From a virus, in IMG/VR virus record IMGVR_UViG_3300045738_002037, positions 92,697 to 156,696 of that record: DNA of 64,000 nucleotides; one strand, written 5' to 3'. A model generated the notes under the pieces. It did no database searches, was not told the origin of the DNA, and saw only the letters and a list, made by a program, of their open reading frames with translations. The position numbers were made by a program, and so were the translations under genes. Positions 21,248 to 30,305 of this stretch are shown here, in pieces; position 1 is the first letter of the stretch, and the number at the start of each line of letters is the position of its first letter.

Positions 21248-21676
21248 TTATTTATCTGCCCACTTTTTAACCATGCGCAATATACGGCCTTGTTCTTTTT
21301 TTGCCGCTGTAGATGAATCGAACAAATAAGATTCCGGCATCCATTCCTCTTCATTGCTAATATAAAAGAATTCACCTGTGTCTTCGCTCCTAGCAACATC
21401 GCAAATCTCGAACTGTTCTACTTCAAGCTTGGAAGTTAAAAACATAACTATTGCTTGAAAATCTATGTGATTTAATTTAGGCAAATGTGCCCTTGAATTC
21501 CATACATTTTTAGCTATTCTTCTGTCATAGAAAACTTTAGGATGATGCTCAAGCATCCACTCATCGCCAACAGGCACCATCACATTAGTAGCACCAACCG
21601 GTCTTAATGTTACCCACCAAACCGATTCGCCTACTTTATATCTTGATAATTCTAGTACTGATCTTATCGGGGGCAT
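21248..21676 (-). CDS. hypothetical protein
   Basis: 142-aa ORF in the minus-strand operon, 3 bp from the deaminase. Confidence 0.7.
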   Translation of the reverse strand: MPPIRSVLELSRYKVGESVWWVTLRPVGATNVMVPVGDEWMLEHHPKVFYDRRIAKNVWNSRAHLPKLNHIDFQAIVMFLTSKLEVEQFEICDVARSEDTGEFFYISNEEEWMPESYLFDSSTAAKKEQGRILRMVKKWADK

Positions 21677-21688
21677 AATCCTTTGCCC

Positions 21689-21904
21689 TTAGCCGCATAT
21701 CACCCTGTTAATAGCTTGATTAATAATGTTTTCAGCTATAGTTTTGGTGACGCCAACAGCTACTGGGATCCATTCTTCGTTTTCTTGAACTTCAATTTGA
21801 TATTGACCAGTGTGAATGTTTTGTCCTTCCATCGGCACGGCACGAACCTTACCGGGGCCAGCTTTCTTTATTCTCACAATAGCTTCATTGATATTTACCG
21901 CCAT
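21689..21904 (-). CDS. hypothetical protein
   Basis: 71 aa; GGAG SD upstream; in operon. Confidence 0.65.
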   Translation of the reverse strand: MAVNINEAIVRIKKAGPGKVRAVPMEGQNIHTGQYQIEVQENEEWIPVAVGVTKTIAENIINQAINRVICG

Positions 21905-21953
21905 AATCGCGCTCCATGATGATGATTTGTATTAATTTTGACCCATTACCTAA

Positions 21954-22739
21954 TCATTCTGCTATTTTTAAAAATTGTTCATAACTTTCTTTAAAAATAT
22001 CCTGTTTATTCAGTCCATCAGAAATTCTTTTTCCAAGACCAAACTCCATAAAGTACCAACCATTATAGCCAATTCCTTTAGAATCATCAATGGTTTGTTT
22101 TATCATAGAGTCGCCAACGCCAACAACTTTAAACCCATATCCTATTTTATAGTCCCTAACATCAATCGCTGCGACGAATTTTCTAATATTTTTCCAATAT
22201 TTATCAAAGGGATTTATGTTTCTTTTAGTAATTAATTGCACTGGGTCATATAATAGCCGCCAGTGCCTATTATTGCCCAACAATTCTAATATAATTGGAA
22301 TATCATGGCTATATGGAAAATCATCGGTTATTTCAAACAATGGAATAATACCAGCTTTAGCGCATTCGGAGGCAATCAACGCCATCCAATCATTTATAAT
22401 GTCTTTATTTCTACTGGCGTTTTTTATTCCACCGAATATTCTAACATAATTAGCTTTGAAATATCTTGTAATAGATAAAGTTCTATCAATTGTTTCTGAA
22501 GATATATTTCCTAAATCATTACAATCAATAAGACCGAGGTTAGACGCAACCATCGGGACAGATAAGGAATACTTATCAATTATTCCTTTAAGCTTTTGAC
22601 ACGTAGAATCGCTAAGATCGCAAATATTGCCGGTCCAAACTTGGCGAATTACAACATGTTTAATATCACATTCCTGCAAAGTTTGACATGCTACATCTGG
22701 GGTATCGCCTGCGTCATTTAAATAGGCTGCTATTTTCAT
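21954..22739 (-). CDS. xylose-isomerase-like (AP_endonuc_2) TIM-barrel protein, divergent
   Basis: YVRIFG, PLFEI, LLYDPVQ, IDVRDYK, GVGD and GYNGWYFME match the sugar-phosphate isomerase/epimerase pattern; overlaps the purZ-like stop. Confidence 0.75.
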   Translation of the reverse strand: MKIAAYLNDAGDTPDVACQTLQECDIKHVVIRQVWTGNICDLSDSTCQKLKGIIDKYSLSVPMVASNLGLIDCNDLGNISSETIDRTLSITRYFKANYVRIFGGIKNASRNKDIINDWMALIASECAKAGIIPLFEITDDFPYSHDIPIILELLGNNRHWRLLYDPVQLITKRNINPFDKYWKNIRKFVAAIDVRDYKIGYGFKVVGVGDSMIKQTIDDSKGIGYNGWYFMEFGLGKRISDGLNKQDIFKESYEQFLKIAE

Positions 22740-23851
22740 AAATACGCCACATGGTCAATTTGTGGCCCAGTGCCCACAATAGTCACTGGCAACAACACCA
22801 AATCTTCGATCATTTCGATGAATTCTTGAACTTTTGCCGGTAATTTTCCGTAATCGTTGGTCCCATAACATGACCAATCAATATAATTAGCAAAATTTAA
22901 CGCGATCTTTGTCGCACCATTTACTACAACAGCTTCTTGTAATTGAATTTTAGAAAGCGAAAACACTCGGCGTAACCTTTTGGTCACTGTGGTAAGTTCA
23001 CCTTTCATTACTTCTGGAGGCGCGCCTGCGGTTTCAGCAACTTCGGCCCATGTGATCTCTTGATGGTCATCATAACAATCACCCGAATACCCAACAGTTT
23101 CTCCATTTTCCACCACATTGCCGACCCTAATGGGATATGGCCTAATTACTAAATATACGTCTCCAACTTTATAAGGCGAAACGCCCATATCGGCTAAATT
23201 GTAAACAGCAGTTGTGCCTCTGCTAGTACAATGGGGATAGTGGGATCCGTGATTTATATCTAACGAAAACCCCTGCGCGCCTTCATGCAATATCGTGTTG
23301 CCATCATTCATTAGCTTATTTAAATGTGTTGGCATGTAATAATCTTTAACGTTTGGAACATATGGCAATAATTCTTTATAGTCTCTAGCAAGCTTCAGTC
23401 CCGGTTTTCTCATTGCTTTATCTGCTAAAAAGGCACCACAGCCTTGCATCGTGCTAGCAACACTTTTCGTTCCAGTTTTTAAATTCTCCTCTGCTTCTTT
23501 ATGCTCATGCGTGATCACACCGGCTCTGGGGTGTATCACAGTATTTTCAGCCACATCGCATTCATCTATTTCTTTTAGCATCTGGTCAATGGTGAACGCG
23601 GCTGAAGGCCCAACTAGTATAGATGGGCTATATTCTCCATCGGTCCATTTTTTTAAAATGGCAGCGGAGGGCAGCGCTTTAGCCACAAACGCATCGCCGT
23701 TGATATTGATCGCCGTATGGCCAGCATTGGCCATGTTCGTGGTAGAAAGGACTTCTGGTTTATACCGGTCAGCCAACGCAGAAGTAATTAAGCCCTTCCC
23801 ACAGCTTCCCCATTGCCCATCTGTTATAATATTAAATTTCCCTGCTTGCAT
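22736..23851 (-). CDS. purZ: PurZ-type adenylosuccinate-synthetase homologue (putative N6-succino-2-amino-dAMP synthase)
   Basis: DGQWGSCGKG has Ser at the PurA catalytic Asp position. Also NAGHT, EGAQGFSL, YPHCTSR, YPIRVG, ELTTVTKRLRRVFS, and LNFANY (NFxN in place of the PurA [NT]KxD GTP motif). 371 aa. Confidence 0.8.
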   Translation of the reverse strand: MQAGKFNIITDGQWGSCGKGLITSALADRYKPEVLSTTNMANAGHTAININGDAFVAKALPSAAILKKWTDGEYSPSILVGPSAAFTIDQMLKEIDECDVAENTVIHPRAGVITHEHKEAEENLKTGTKSVASTMQGCGAFLADKAMRKPGLKLARDYKELLPYVPNVKDYYMPTHLNKLMNDGNTILHEGAQGFSLDINHGSHYPHCTSRGTTAVYNLADMGVSPYKVGDVYLVIRPYPIRVGNVVENGETVGYSGDCYDDHQEITWAEVAETAGAPPEVMKGELTTVTKRLRRVFSLSKIQLQEAVVVNGATKIALNFANYIDWSCYGTNDYGKLPAKVQEFIEMIEDLVLLPVTIVGTGPQIDHVAYL

Positions 23852-23912
23852 TATATAGTCTCCATAAATAAATCAGCATAAATTAAATACGCACTAAATA
23901 TTATAAATAGCG

Positions 23913-24281
23913 TTATCTAAGAGAAGAAGAAACTTGGACATCATATCCATCGTCTTCCCAATTTTTATGTTGCGCTTCTTTATTTAATTTGCCAACTGAA
24001 GACGTAGATTTGTCCAATTGACTAATAGCGTCGGGCAAAGGCATAACTTTGACCACTGCGTCAATTACATCATCTTCTTCCATTTCAATAATAGCCACAA
24101 GATTTTTCTCTTGTAACTTAATTTTATATTTTTGGGCTATTAATATAGCACCTAATTCATCAGCTAATTTAGACATTTGTACTGAGATATAGCGACGTTG
24201 CGAATCAAGCCATTCATCAGATCTGGTTAAAAGATCGGCATCTTCGCCTATTTCATGAATCATGCTTAATATGTTCATCAA
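23913..24281 (-). CDS. hypothetical protein
   Basis: 122-aa ORF in the co-directional run. Confidence 0.6.
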   Translation of the reverse strand: MMNILSMIHEIGEDADLLTRSDEWLDSQRRYISVQMSKLADELGAILIAQKYKIKLQEKNLVAIIEMEEDDVIDAVVKVMPLPDAISQLDKSTSSVGKLNKEAQHKNWEDDGYDVQVSSSLR

Positions 24282-24579
24282 TTTTTACCCAAGTGTCAGG
24301 AACCCAAGTCATCATCCCATGAAGTTCAATTCTAACTAGTTTGTGCTTCCTATCACGAACTATCGCAATTTCATCATGCCAAGGATGTTCTTTATTATTT
24401 ATTTTTACAATTGTGCCCTCTTCTATTTCTGGAATTTCTACTTTTAAATGTTTTGAACCACCTATTTCCACATGTTCAATAATTATATTTACTAATTCTC
24501 CACAAATTTTGCATCTATTGGCATCATCTTTATTTATTATGTTACTTGTTCCACATTTCTGGCAAGTTATAGTATTCAA
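24253..24579 (-). CDS. zinc-ribbon + KOW/SH3-like protein
   Basis: CQKC...CKIC, then IEEGTIVKI..HPWHDEIAIV..VRIELHG. Confidence 0.6.
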   Translation of the reverse strand: MNTITCQKCGTSNIINKDDANRCKICGELVNIIIEHVEIGGSKHLKVEIPEIEEGTIVKINNKEHPWHDEIAIVRDRKHKLVRIELHGMMTWVPDTWVKIDEHIKHDS

Positions 24580-25265
24580 CTTAAAATCTCTTTTAATTGA
24601 TCAGGCTGTCTTTGCACTTCTTTAATTATGTTTTTAATCTGAGCTAAACTAACAGCATATTTATAAGCATCTTTACATAACATTATAGATTTTACATCTT
24701 TTATATTACCACTAACTTTTATCGGCACACTTATAATTTCTTTTATTTTGCTAATCATCTCATTGTGTATATCTGGATTAGCTTTACTAACTTGCAATTT
24801 TAATTGATGATTTGTTCGTAAACAACTTGGAGACGGCACAAATTTCATTGCTTCGCAGATATCTGTAATATTTTCATCAGAATGGTGCATGCCAAGAACA
24901 AATCTTATCTCAACAGTTGGCGAAATATGGTTTCTAACAAAATCAGTTAAAACAGACATTTCGTTTTGACAATCCGCTTGAGACCTGCCCCCGGATAATA
25001 AAAACTCAAATCCATCACAACTTAAAGAATCTATGGTCAATCCTCGTAATTTAGTATCACCATAGCATTCCCCTTTAGGCCAGTCAACCGGAGTCAATAT
25101 TTTAAATTTACCCTGCCATTTGATCCTTTGCAACAAAGCATCAGCAGATATTTCTGGGTGAACAATTATAGACGGAATCGCATATTTCACGGCTAACTCT
25201 GCAACATCCGCTAATTCATTAGACTGCATAACATCTATTTCAATATTATTGAACAAAGCATTCAT
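24576..25265 (-). CDS. DeoC (deoxyribose-phosphate aldolase)-like TIM barrel with catalytic Lys apparently replaced
   Basis: By-eye alignment to DeoC: IIVHP~VCVNP, TPVDWPKG~TVVGFPLG, DGFEFL~DEIDMV, CLRTNHQ~FVKTSTG, IKVSGNIKD~VKASGGIRT. Confidence 0.6.
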   Translation of the reverse strand: MNALFNNIEIDVMQSNELADVAELAVKYAIPSIIVHPEISADALLQRIKWQGKFKILTPVDWPKGECYGDTKLRGLTIDSLSCDGFEFLLSGGRSQADCQNEMSVLTDFVRNHISPTVEIRFVLGMHHSDENITDICEAMKFVPSPSCLRTNHQLKLQVSKANPDIHNEMISKIKEIISVPIKVSGNIKDVKSIMLCKDAYKYAVSLAQIKNIIKEVQRQPDQLKEILS

Positions 25266-25279
25266 GTTACACCTTTATA

Positions 25280-25675
25280 TCACTTAGAAGATAATTCTAT
25301 AACTTTTTTGATAGCTTCGGAACTATCACAAGTTTTAAATACTATAGGATTATTTTCATCAGTCAAATAATGAAATGATGTGGGTACATAGTCCTCTTCT
25401 TCCATTAAAATAACTATTGGTATATTTTTAGCATATGCATAGCCAAATTCAAAGTGTGATCCTTTTCTTGCTGGCGTAACCATTAAGATACAGTCAGAAT
25501 CATCCACCCCCCTAACCTCTGCCAAAGCGATATTCATCAATTCACTTTCGTCATCACAAAAACCGTGGAGCGTCCAATCATAAGTTATAGTAACGCCATG
25601 TTCTATTAACTGATCTCTCAGTTGGCGAACTCTATCTTTATTATTAAGGCTAGACGCTATATAAACGTTTTTCAT
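25280..25675 (-). CDS. nucleoside 2-deoxyribosyltransferase / nucleotide N-glycosidase family protein
   Basis: VYIASS, GVDDSDCIL, GSHFEFGYAYAKNIPIVIL (catalytic Glu motif of the NDT/DNPH1 family). Confidence 0.85.
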   Translation of the reverse strand: MKNVYIASSLNNKDRVRQLRDQLIEHGVTITYDWTLHGFCDDESELMNIALAEVRGVDDSDCILMVTPARKGSHFEFGYAYAKNIPIVILMEEEDYVPTSFHYLTDENNPIVFKTCDSSEAIKKVIELSSK

Positions 25676-25695
25676 ATTACGTGAAATACGTATCG

Positions 25696-25920
25696 TCAGT
25701 TTTTCTTGCGTACAGCCGGAACTTCAATATTGATTTGCTGGGTATGACCCTGAATCGGTTTTACAATATTAAAAGACCCATTTATGCCATTGTCAATACC
25801 AGAATTATACTGTAATTGATGGTGTTGATTATTCCCACCATGCGGTCCATCAAAGGTATTGGCACTTTTCGCGCCTTTCATTACATGCGGCTTTTGATTT
25901 CCGTAAGCATTATCGGCCAT
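25696..25920 (-). CDS. hypothetical protein
   Basis: 74 aa; AGGAG SD upstream. Confidence 0.6.
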   Translation of the reverse strand: MADNAYGNQKPHVMKGAKSANTFDGPHGGNNQHHQLQYNSGIDNGINGSFNIVKPIQGHTQQINIEVPAVRKKN

Positions 25921-25947
25921 TTTAATTCTCCTGTAATTTTACCCAAT

Positions 25948-26928
25948 TCATTTTTGAACACGATCTATTATCATTGAAATAGCATCTTTATGGCCAACTT
26001 TATTAAATTGACCCACAAAATCCCAATTGTTATAGTCAGAACAGAATGTAAATTTGTTTTTTTCCTCGTCAGTTAAAATTGTTGCGGCATAATCATAATA
26101 TTCCGCTTCATTTTTGAATCTTATTTTTCTAATGTCTGGATTCACATCTGGGTTTGTCCCATAAAAATGCAGCCGACCATTTAAACCATCTGGGTCCATA
26201 TCACACCCAAATATATAAGTGTGCTGATATCCGATCCACATAGCAATTTGCATGCTCGCAAAAACCGTGGATCTGCCAATATGAAATCCTTGTGTTAAGT
26301 CTCTACTAAAACCCTTGCCGGGTATATTCTTTATCTGAAACGAATTTGATTTATTATGCCTTATCGCAGTGCTGTTTATTATTATGCCATCATATTCTTT
26401 CCAAAGATCTTCATGTCGAGCATATTGTGATGAATCACAAAATGTCCAATAAGTAGTCGGCCATAAACGAGGATCTGGTTTATTTATAGACATAATGTCA
26501 ATATGTTCAACGCCAACTAATTTCTCTAGAGAAACTTCCGTAATAGACGGCCCATTGCCAATAACAACTAATATCCTATTAATGCCGATACCACGAATTT
26601 CTACTATCTTATTTCGAGATTTTTGCGTTATTTCCGGATCATCAACGTAGTTTACTCTAACTTTCTTCTTAACCTTCTGTGGATGTTTTACAACAACATA
26701 TTGCGCGGCTAAATCTTTAGCAGGATTCTCAGAAATAACAGGTGCAGACGGCAATTGTTGAATTTCTCTCACGCCTATTTTATTCAAATTCTGCCGGTTT
26801 ATTTCATCTAATTTTACAACTTTTGCTTTTGATGGTTGAATAATTACTTTAGCAGTACTCGGTACTCGAATAGCCTTTGGAAAATTAACAATTTTATGTT
26901 GGCGTATTATTGGATGCTTTTCTGGCAT
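25948..26928 (-). CDS. MptE/DUF115 (Maf/sialyltransferase-like) domain protein
   Basis: VVIGNGPSI, STVFASMQIAMWIGYQHTYIFGCDM, HFYG. Confidence 0.7.
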   Translation of the reverse strand: MPEKHPIIRQHKIVNFPKAIRVPSTAKVIIQPSKAKVVKLDEINRQNLNKIGVREIQQLPSAPVISENPAKDLAAQYVVVKHPQKVKKKVRVNYVDDPEITQKSRNKIVEIRGIGINRILVVIGNGPSITEVSLEKLVGVEHIDIMSINKPDPRLWPTTYWTFCDSSQYARHEDLWKEYDGIIINSTAIRHNKSNSFQIKNIPGKGFSRDLTQGFHIGRSTVFASMQIAMWIGYQHTYIFGCDMDPDGLNGRLHFYGTNPDVNPDIRKIRFKNEAEYYDYAATILTDEEKNKFTFCSDYNNWDFVGQFNKVGHKDAISMIIDRVQK

Positions 26929-27074
26929 AATATAACTTTAACTTTACAATAGCAAGAATGTATTTTTATCTTCGATTAGATAAGGTAAGAAATTTATCTT
27001 ACTCTTACTTACAAATCGAAAATACTAAAGCCAAGGGCAGAAAATAAGGGGGGGGGATTGACAAAGAAATCTTT

Positions 27075-27830
27075 TTATGTTCTAATAGTTTTCTTGCCGC
27101 CGAGTACCCTAAGGCTTCTCATTGATTTAGGCAATATACCAGATTGTAAATCAGAAGCCAATTTAAAAATATTTTGCTTCTGTTTATTACGTTTGTTCAT
27201 AATCGAGTACATGCACCTATGGATAGTGGTAGTCAATAAATTGAATACCGGTGCCCGACCTGGAGTATAAACCAATTTTCTAGCTATGAGTTTGTTAACA
27301 ACCTGCAATAAAGCATCTTCGGCTAAATCTATCTGTTCCTCTTCTGACGGAAGGTTAAATTTAGTAGAAATACCGCGACATATTTTACTGACATCCTCTA
27401 ACATAGCGTGCCAAGTCTTTTCACTAGGCAATTCTTTAATATATCCATTGCTTTCAAGATCAGGAATTATCTTGTCTTGTTGTATAAAAAGATCGCTCAA
27501 ATCATATACTTTAGTGTTAGACTTTAAATCTAATGATTTTCGTATTTTTCCCAGTGACCACTTAACTTTTTTGCCGCCGACAGTGGCACTTAATGTAGCG
27601 GCCACTTTCCCATTGTAACTGTTGAAATAAAAAGGATTTGGCAAAGCTATACAATGTACTCGAACAGGATGTAACGGGTCGAGATATTTCGGATTATCGT
27701 CTACTCTACCAATCACTTTGGTCCACAATAATCCACGTTCCCGAAAATCTTCAAGTTCTAGAACAGAAGTAGAAATCAACCAAAGGAACCAATTCCGTTC
27801 GAGAACTTTACTATCGCAATATTGAGGCAT
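27075..27830 (-). CDS. T4 gp55-like late-transcription sigma factor
   Basis: KICRGISTKF...DLAEDALLQVV...PGRAPVFNLLTTTIHRCMYSIMNKRNKQK resembles sigma region 2 as in gp55; no region 4. Confidence 0.55.
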   Translation of the reverse strand: MPQYCDSKVLERNWFLWLISTSVLELEDFRERGLLWTKVIGRVDDNPKYLDPLHPVRVHCIALPNPFYFNSYNGKVAATLSATVGGKKVKWSLGKIRKSLDLKSNTKVYDLSDLFIQQDKIIPDLESNGYIKELPSEKTWHAMLEDVSKICRGISTKFNLPSEEEQIDLAEDALLQVVNKLIARKLVYTPGRAPVFNLLTTTIHRCMYSIMNKRNKQKQNIFKLASDLQSGILPKSMRSLRVLGGKKTIRT

Positions 27831-27948
27831 ATTATTTCCTTTGCCACAAAATTTTTTTTAGTATTTGATAAAGAGAGGTTAACTCCCTTTCCCCCTTGAA
27901 AGTAAAATACAGCCTGTAAAGTTTGAAAAGCATGAAGGAGCATGAAAA

Positions 27949-29310
27949 ATGACAATTCTTAGACAAATGCCTAGTTTGCACTTAAGGGGATCATTAGTTA
28001 ACCAAACAATGAAAAACCTCACGTCAGAAGAAAAAAAGACCGTAGAAAAACTTTTAGAAAAAATCACAAGGCACCCGGAGCTAGCCCCTCATCGAACAGA
28101 ATTCGCAAACACGCTATCACATACGATACGTGGGGATTATTATGACGATTCAAAGGCTGCCGACCAGGAATTCCAAATTTCCATTTTCCGCGCAATAGTA
28201 GAATTATTATATCACAGAAAATATAGCTATAAATGCAATTCGTGCCAAAGCAGCACATATATTACTCAACGCGGTAAACCAACTCCAATTAATCGGCAAA
28301 CTGATCATTGCCCTAATTGTAATAAAATCGAAGTAGAGAATCCCGGCGACACTGATTGGAAAATTGGCGAATTTGTAGATCAAGATGAATTTCAAGCATC
28401 ATATGCTAATTTCACAGATTTAGATAAGTCACCAAAAGCCAAATCACCAATCTTGGTAATCCCCGGAGAAAAGAAATACTCAGACCCTCAAAAAATTTTA
28501 AATGATGACAAGCAACTACAAAGATTCTTCAAAGAATTCATCTGGAACTACCATAGACAAATCCTGAATGAAAACAAACGAAAAAAACACAAACAAAAAC
28601 CAACAGAAATCAAAGGACCAGCTGATCTTATTATCATTGAAGAAATACTGTCTGCGATTGAAAAATTAAAAATCGAATGTCTATTTGATAGCAATGAAAA
28701 ACCTACAAACGGCTGGTATATCATAAGAGCGTTATTGTTAAAGACGCCACCAGAATTCAGTATTTCACTTCAAGAAATAGTAAACAAATCCGAAAATTAT
28801 GGAGTCCACGCTAAGATAACTCACAATGAGATTTGGATCCAAGCAACTTCAGACGCACCAATCATAAAGGCTACTATTTCAAAACCAGAATACGTGAAAT
28901 TTCAGGATGGTAAATCTGATGATGACAGCACAGATGTTGTCAGTCAGATTAGTAAAACACTCACAGGAGGAGTAATCATGTATCCGGAACACCATGTAAC
29001 CGTCATTGATGGACAAGACCAATTCGATGCCGTTAGACAACGATTACCAGAAGGCGATTGTAAAAAGGTATTCGATATTTATGCCGGGCGCGGTAAAATC
29101 TACTATGAATTTAGCCAGCCAAAAGTCCCAAAAGACGGCATGAATGAAAATGAAAATTATGGATTTGGCGATGGAGACCCTAAAATATCACACATCGCAA
29201 GATTTTTAAAAATTCAACCAAGAGCAGTTAAGAAATATCGAGAAACTATTAAAATCGTAATGATGGCGCTCGGGATGACACCAATCGCGGTCGAATCCGA
29301 GTACCATTAA
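27949..29310 (+). CDS. sigma70-like/HTH transcription factor with zinc-ribbon insertion (start may be ATG 28009)
   Basis: DQEFQISIFRAI and FFKEFIWNYHRQILNE (region-2-like) flank CNSC..CPNC. C-terminal HTH: ISHIARFLKIQPRAVKKYRETIK. Confidence 0.5.
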   Translation: MTILRQMPSLHLRGSLVNQTMKNLTSEEKKTVEKLLEKITRHPELAPHRTEFANTLSHTIRGDYYDDSKAADQEFQISIFRAIVELLYHRKYSYKCNSCQSSTYITQRGKPTPINRQTDHCPNCNKIEVENPGDTDWKIGEFVDQDEFQASYANFTDLDKSPKAKSPILVIPGEKKYSDPQKILNDDKQLQRFFKEFIWNYHRQILNENKRKKHKQKPTEIKGPADLIIIEEILSAIEKLKIECLFDSNEKPTNGWYIIRALLLKTPPEFSISLQEIVNKSENYGVHAKITHNEIWIQATSDAPIIKATISKPEYVKFQDGKSDDDSTDVVSQISKTLTGGVIMYPEHHVTVIDGQDQFDAVRQRLPEGDCKKVFDIYAGRGKIYYEFSQPKVPKDGMNENENYGFGDGDPKISHIARFLKIQPRAVKKYRETIKIVMMALGMTPIAVESEYH

Positions 29311-29315
29311 CTTGA

Positions 29316-29732
29316 TCACACTTGGTCTAAATTGAATTTCCCGTATATATCCCGCTTAGCATTAAAATCTTCAACATCATGGTATAACTGCGGGTTTTCT
29401 TGTTTTAATTTTTTTAAAACATCTAATCTAAGACCAGCGCCTATCTTGCTTATTTCTATAGCCTTTTCTTCTATAATAATAGGCGTAATAATGTCTGAAT
29501 ATTTTTCAACTTGAGGCATTGTCTCTTCAAAATTTTCTGTTTCAAAAGGAGTATAATCTTTCCCAATAACAGTTTCTATAACCGGATATCTTCTTTTGTC
29601 ATTGCCAACGCCAGCTCTACTTTTTTTTATTTTCGGCGTATTTTCTGAATATAATTCTCGAAGTTTCTCAACTCTATCTTTCATATATCCGGCAATATCA
29701 ACTTTATTGTTTTTGCGCAACATCGTTATCAT
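29316..29732 (-). CDS. hypothetical protein
   Basis: 138 aa, overlaps the stop of the upstream gene. Confidence 0.6.
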   Translation of the reverse strand: MITMLRKNNKVDIAGYMKDRVEKLRELYSENTPKIKKSRAGVGNDKRRYPVIETVIGKDYTPFETENFEETMPQVEKYSDIITPIIIEEKAIEISKIGAGLRLDVLKKLKQENPQLYHDVEDFNAKRDIYGKFNLDQV

Positions 29733-30271
29733 GTGCCATAGCCGGATTTAGTAAAGAATTGATTAGCTTGGCCCATCATTAATCCTTTTGCTCTATGCGG
29801 GTATTCTATATTATTTCCCGTAGAACCAGTTAAATTAACATAGCCATTAATATGGTTAGACAAAACTCTAATTATAAACGCTACAACTCTTCTAGGAGTA
29901 GATTGTCTTCTAGCGCCACCATAACCATGCTGAGGCGATTCTATTATACCATTATTGATTTGCCTAGACAAATCAATTAAATCATCATGATGTGACTCAC
30001 CAAGATACATTCGATGGTTGCTGAGAGCAAATAAATTCCAACCAAGAATTGCCTTGCCAACAGCGGGGTCAAGCTCTACAACATGCGGTTTAATCTCTAT
30101 TTTATTTGCCAATTGAGGAATCATCATTGGCAAATCTTGCATTAAAGAAGGATGTAACATGCGATCGAAACTCTCGCTAAAGCCCTTCTCCATAAAATAA
30201 TGTATTAATAGCCTACGAACAACCTCTGAATTCGTAGCGTGCTTAATATTGTCAACCGTGCGCGAGTCCAT
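29729..30271 (-). CDS. hypothetical protein
   Basis: 180 aa; AGGAG SD upstream. Confidence 0.7.
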   Translation of the reverse strand: MDSRTVDNIKHATNSEVVRRLLIHYFMEKGFSESFDRMLHPSLMQDLPMMIPQLANKIEIKPHVVELDPAVGKAILGWNLFALSNHRMYLGESHHDDLIDLSRQINNGIIESPQHGYGGARRQSTPRRVVAFIIRVLSNHINGYVNLTGSTGNNIEYPHRAKGLMMGQANQFFTKSGYGT

Positions 30272-30305
30272 AATTTCTCCTACACTATTTACAATATTTT
30301 TGAAC

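Noticed and set aside
22736-23851. Annotation as ordinary purA
   Set aside because: It lacks the GDEGKG Asp and the [NT]KxD GTP motif, and has the PurZ-type Ser and NFxN instead.
27048-27056. G-run as a phase-variation tract
   Set aside because: It is a single intergenic homopolymer downstream of a stop codon, with no evidence of affecting a frame or promoter.
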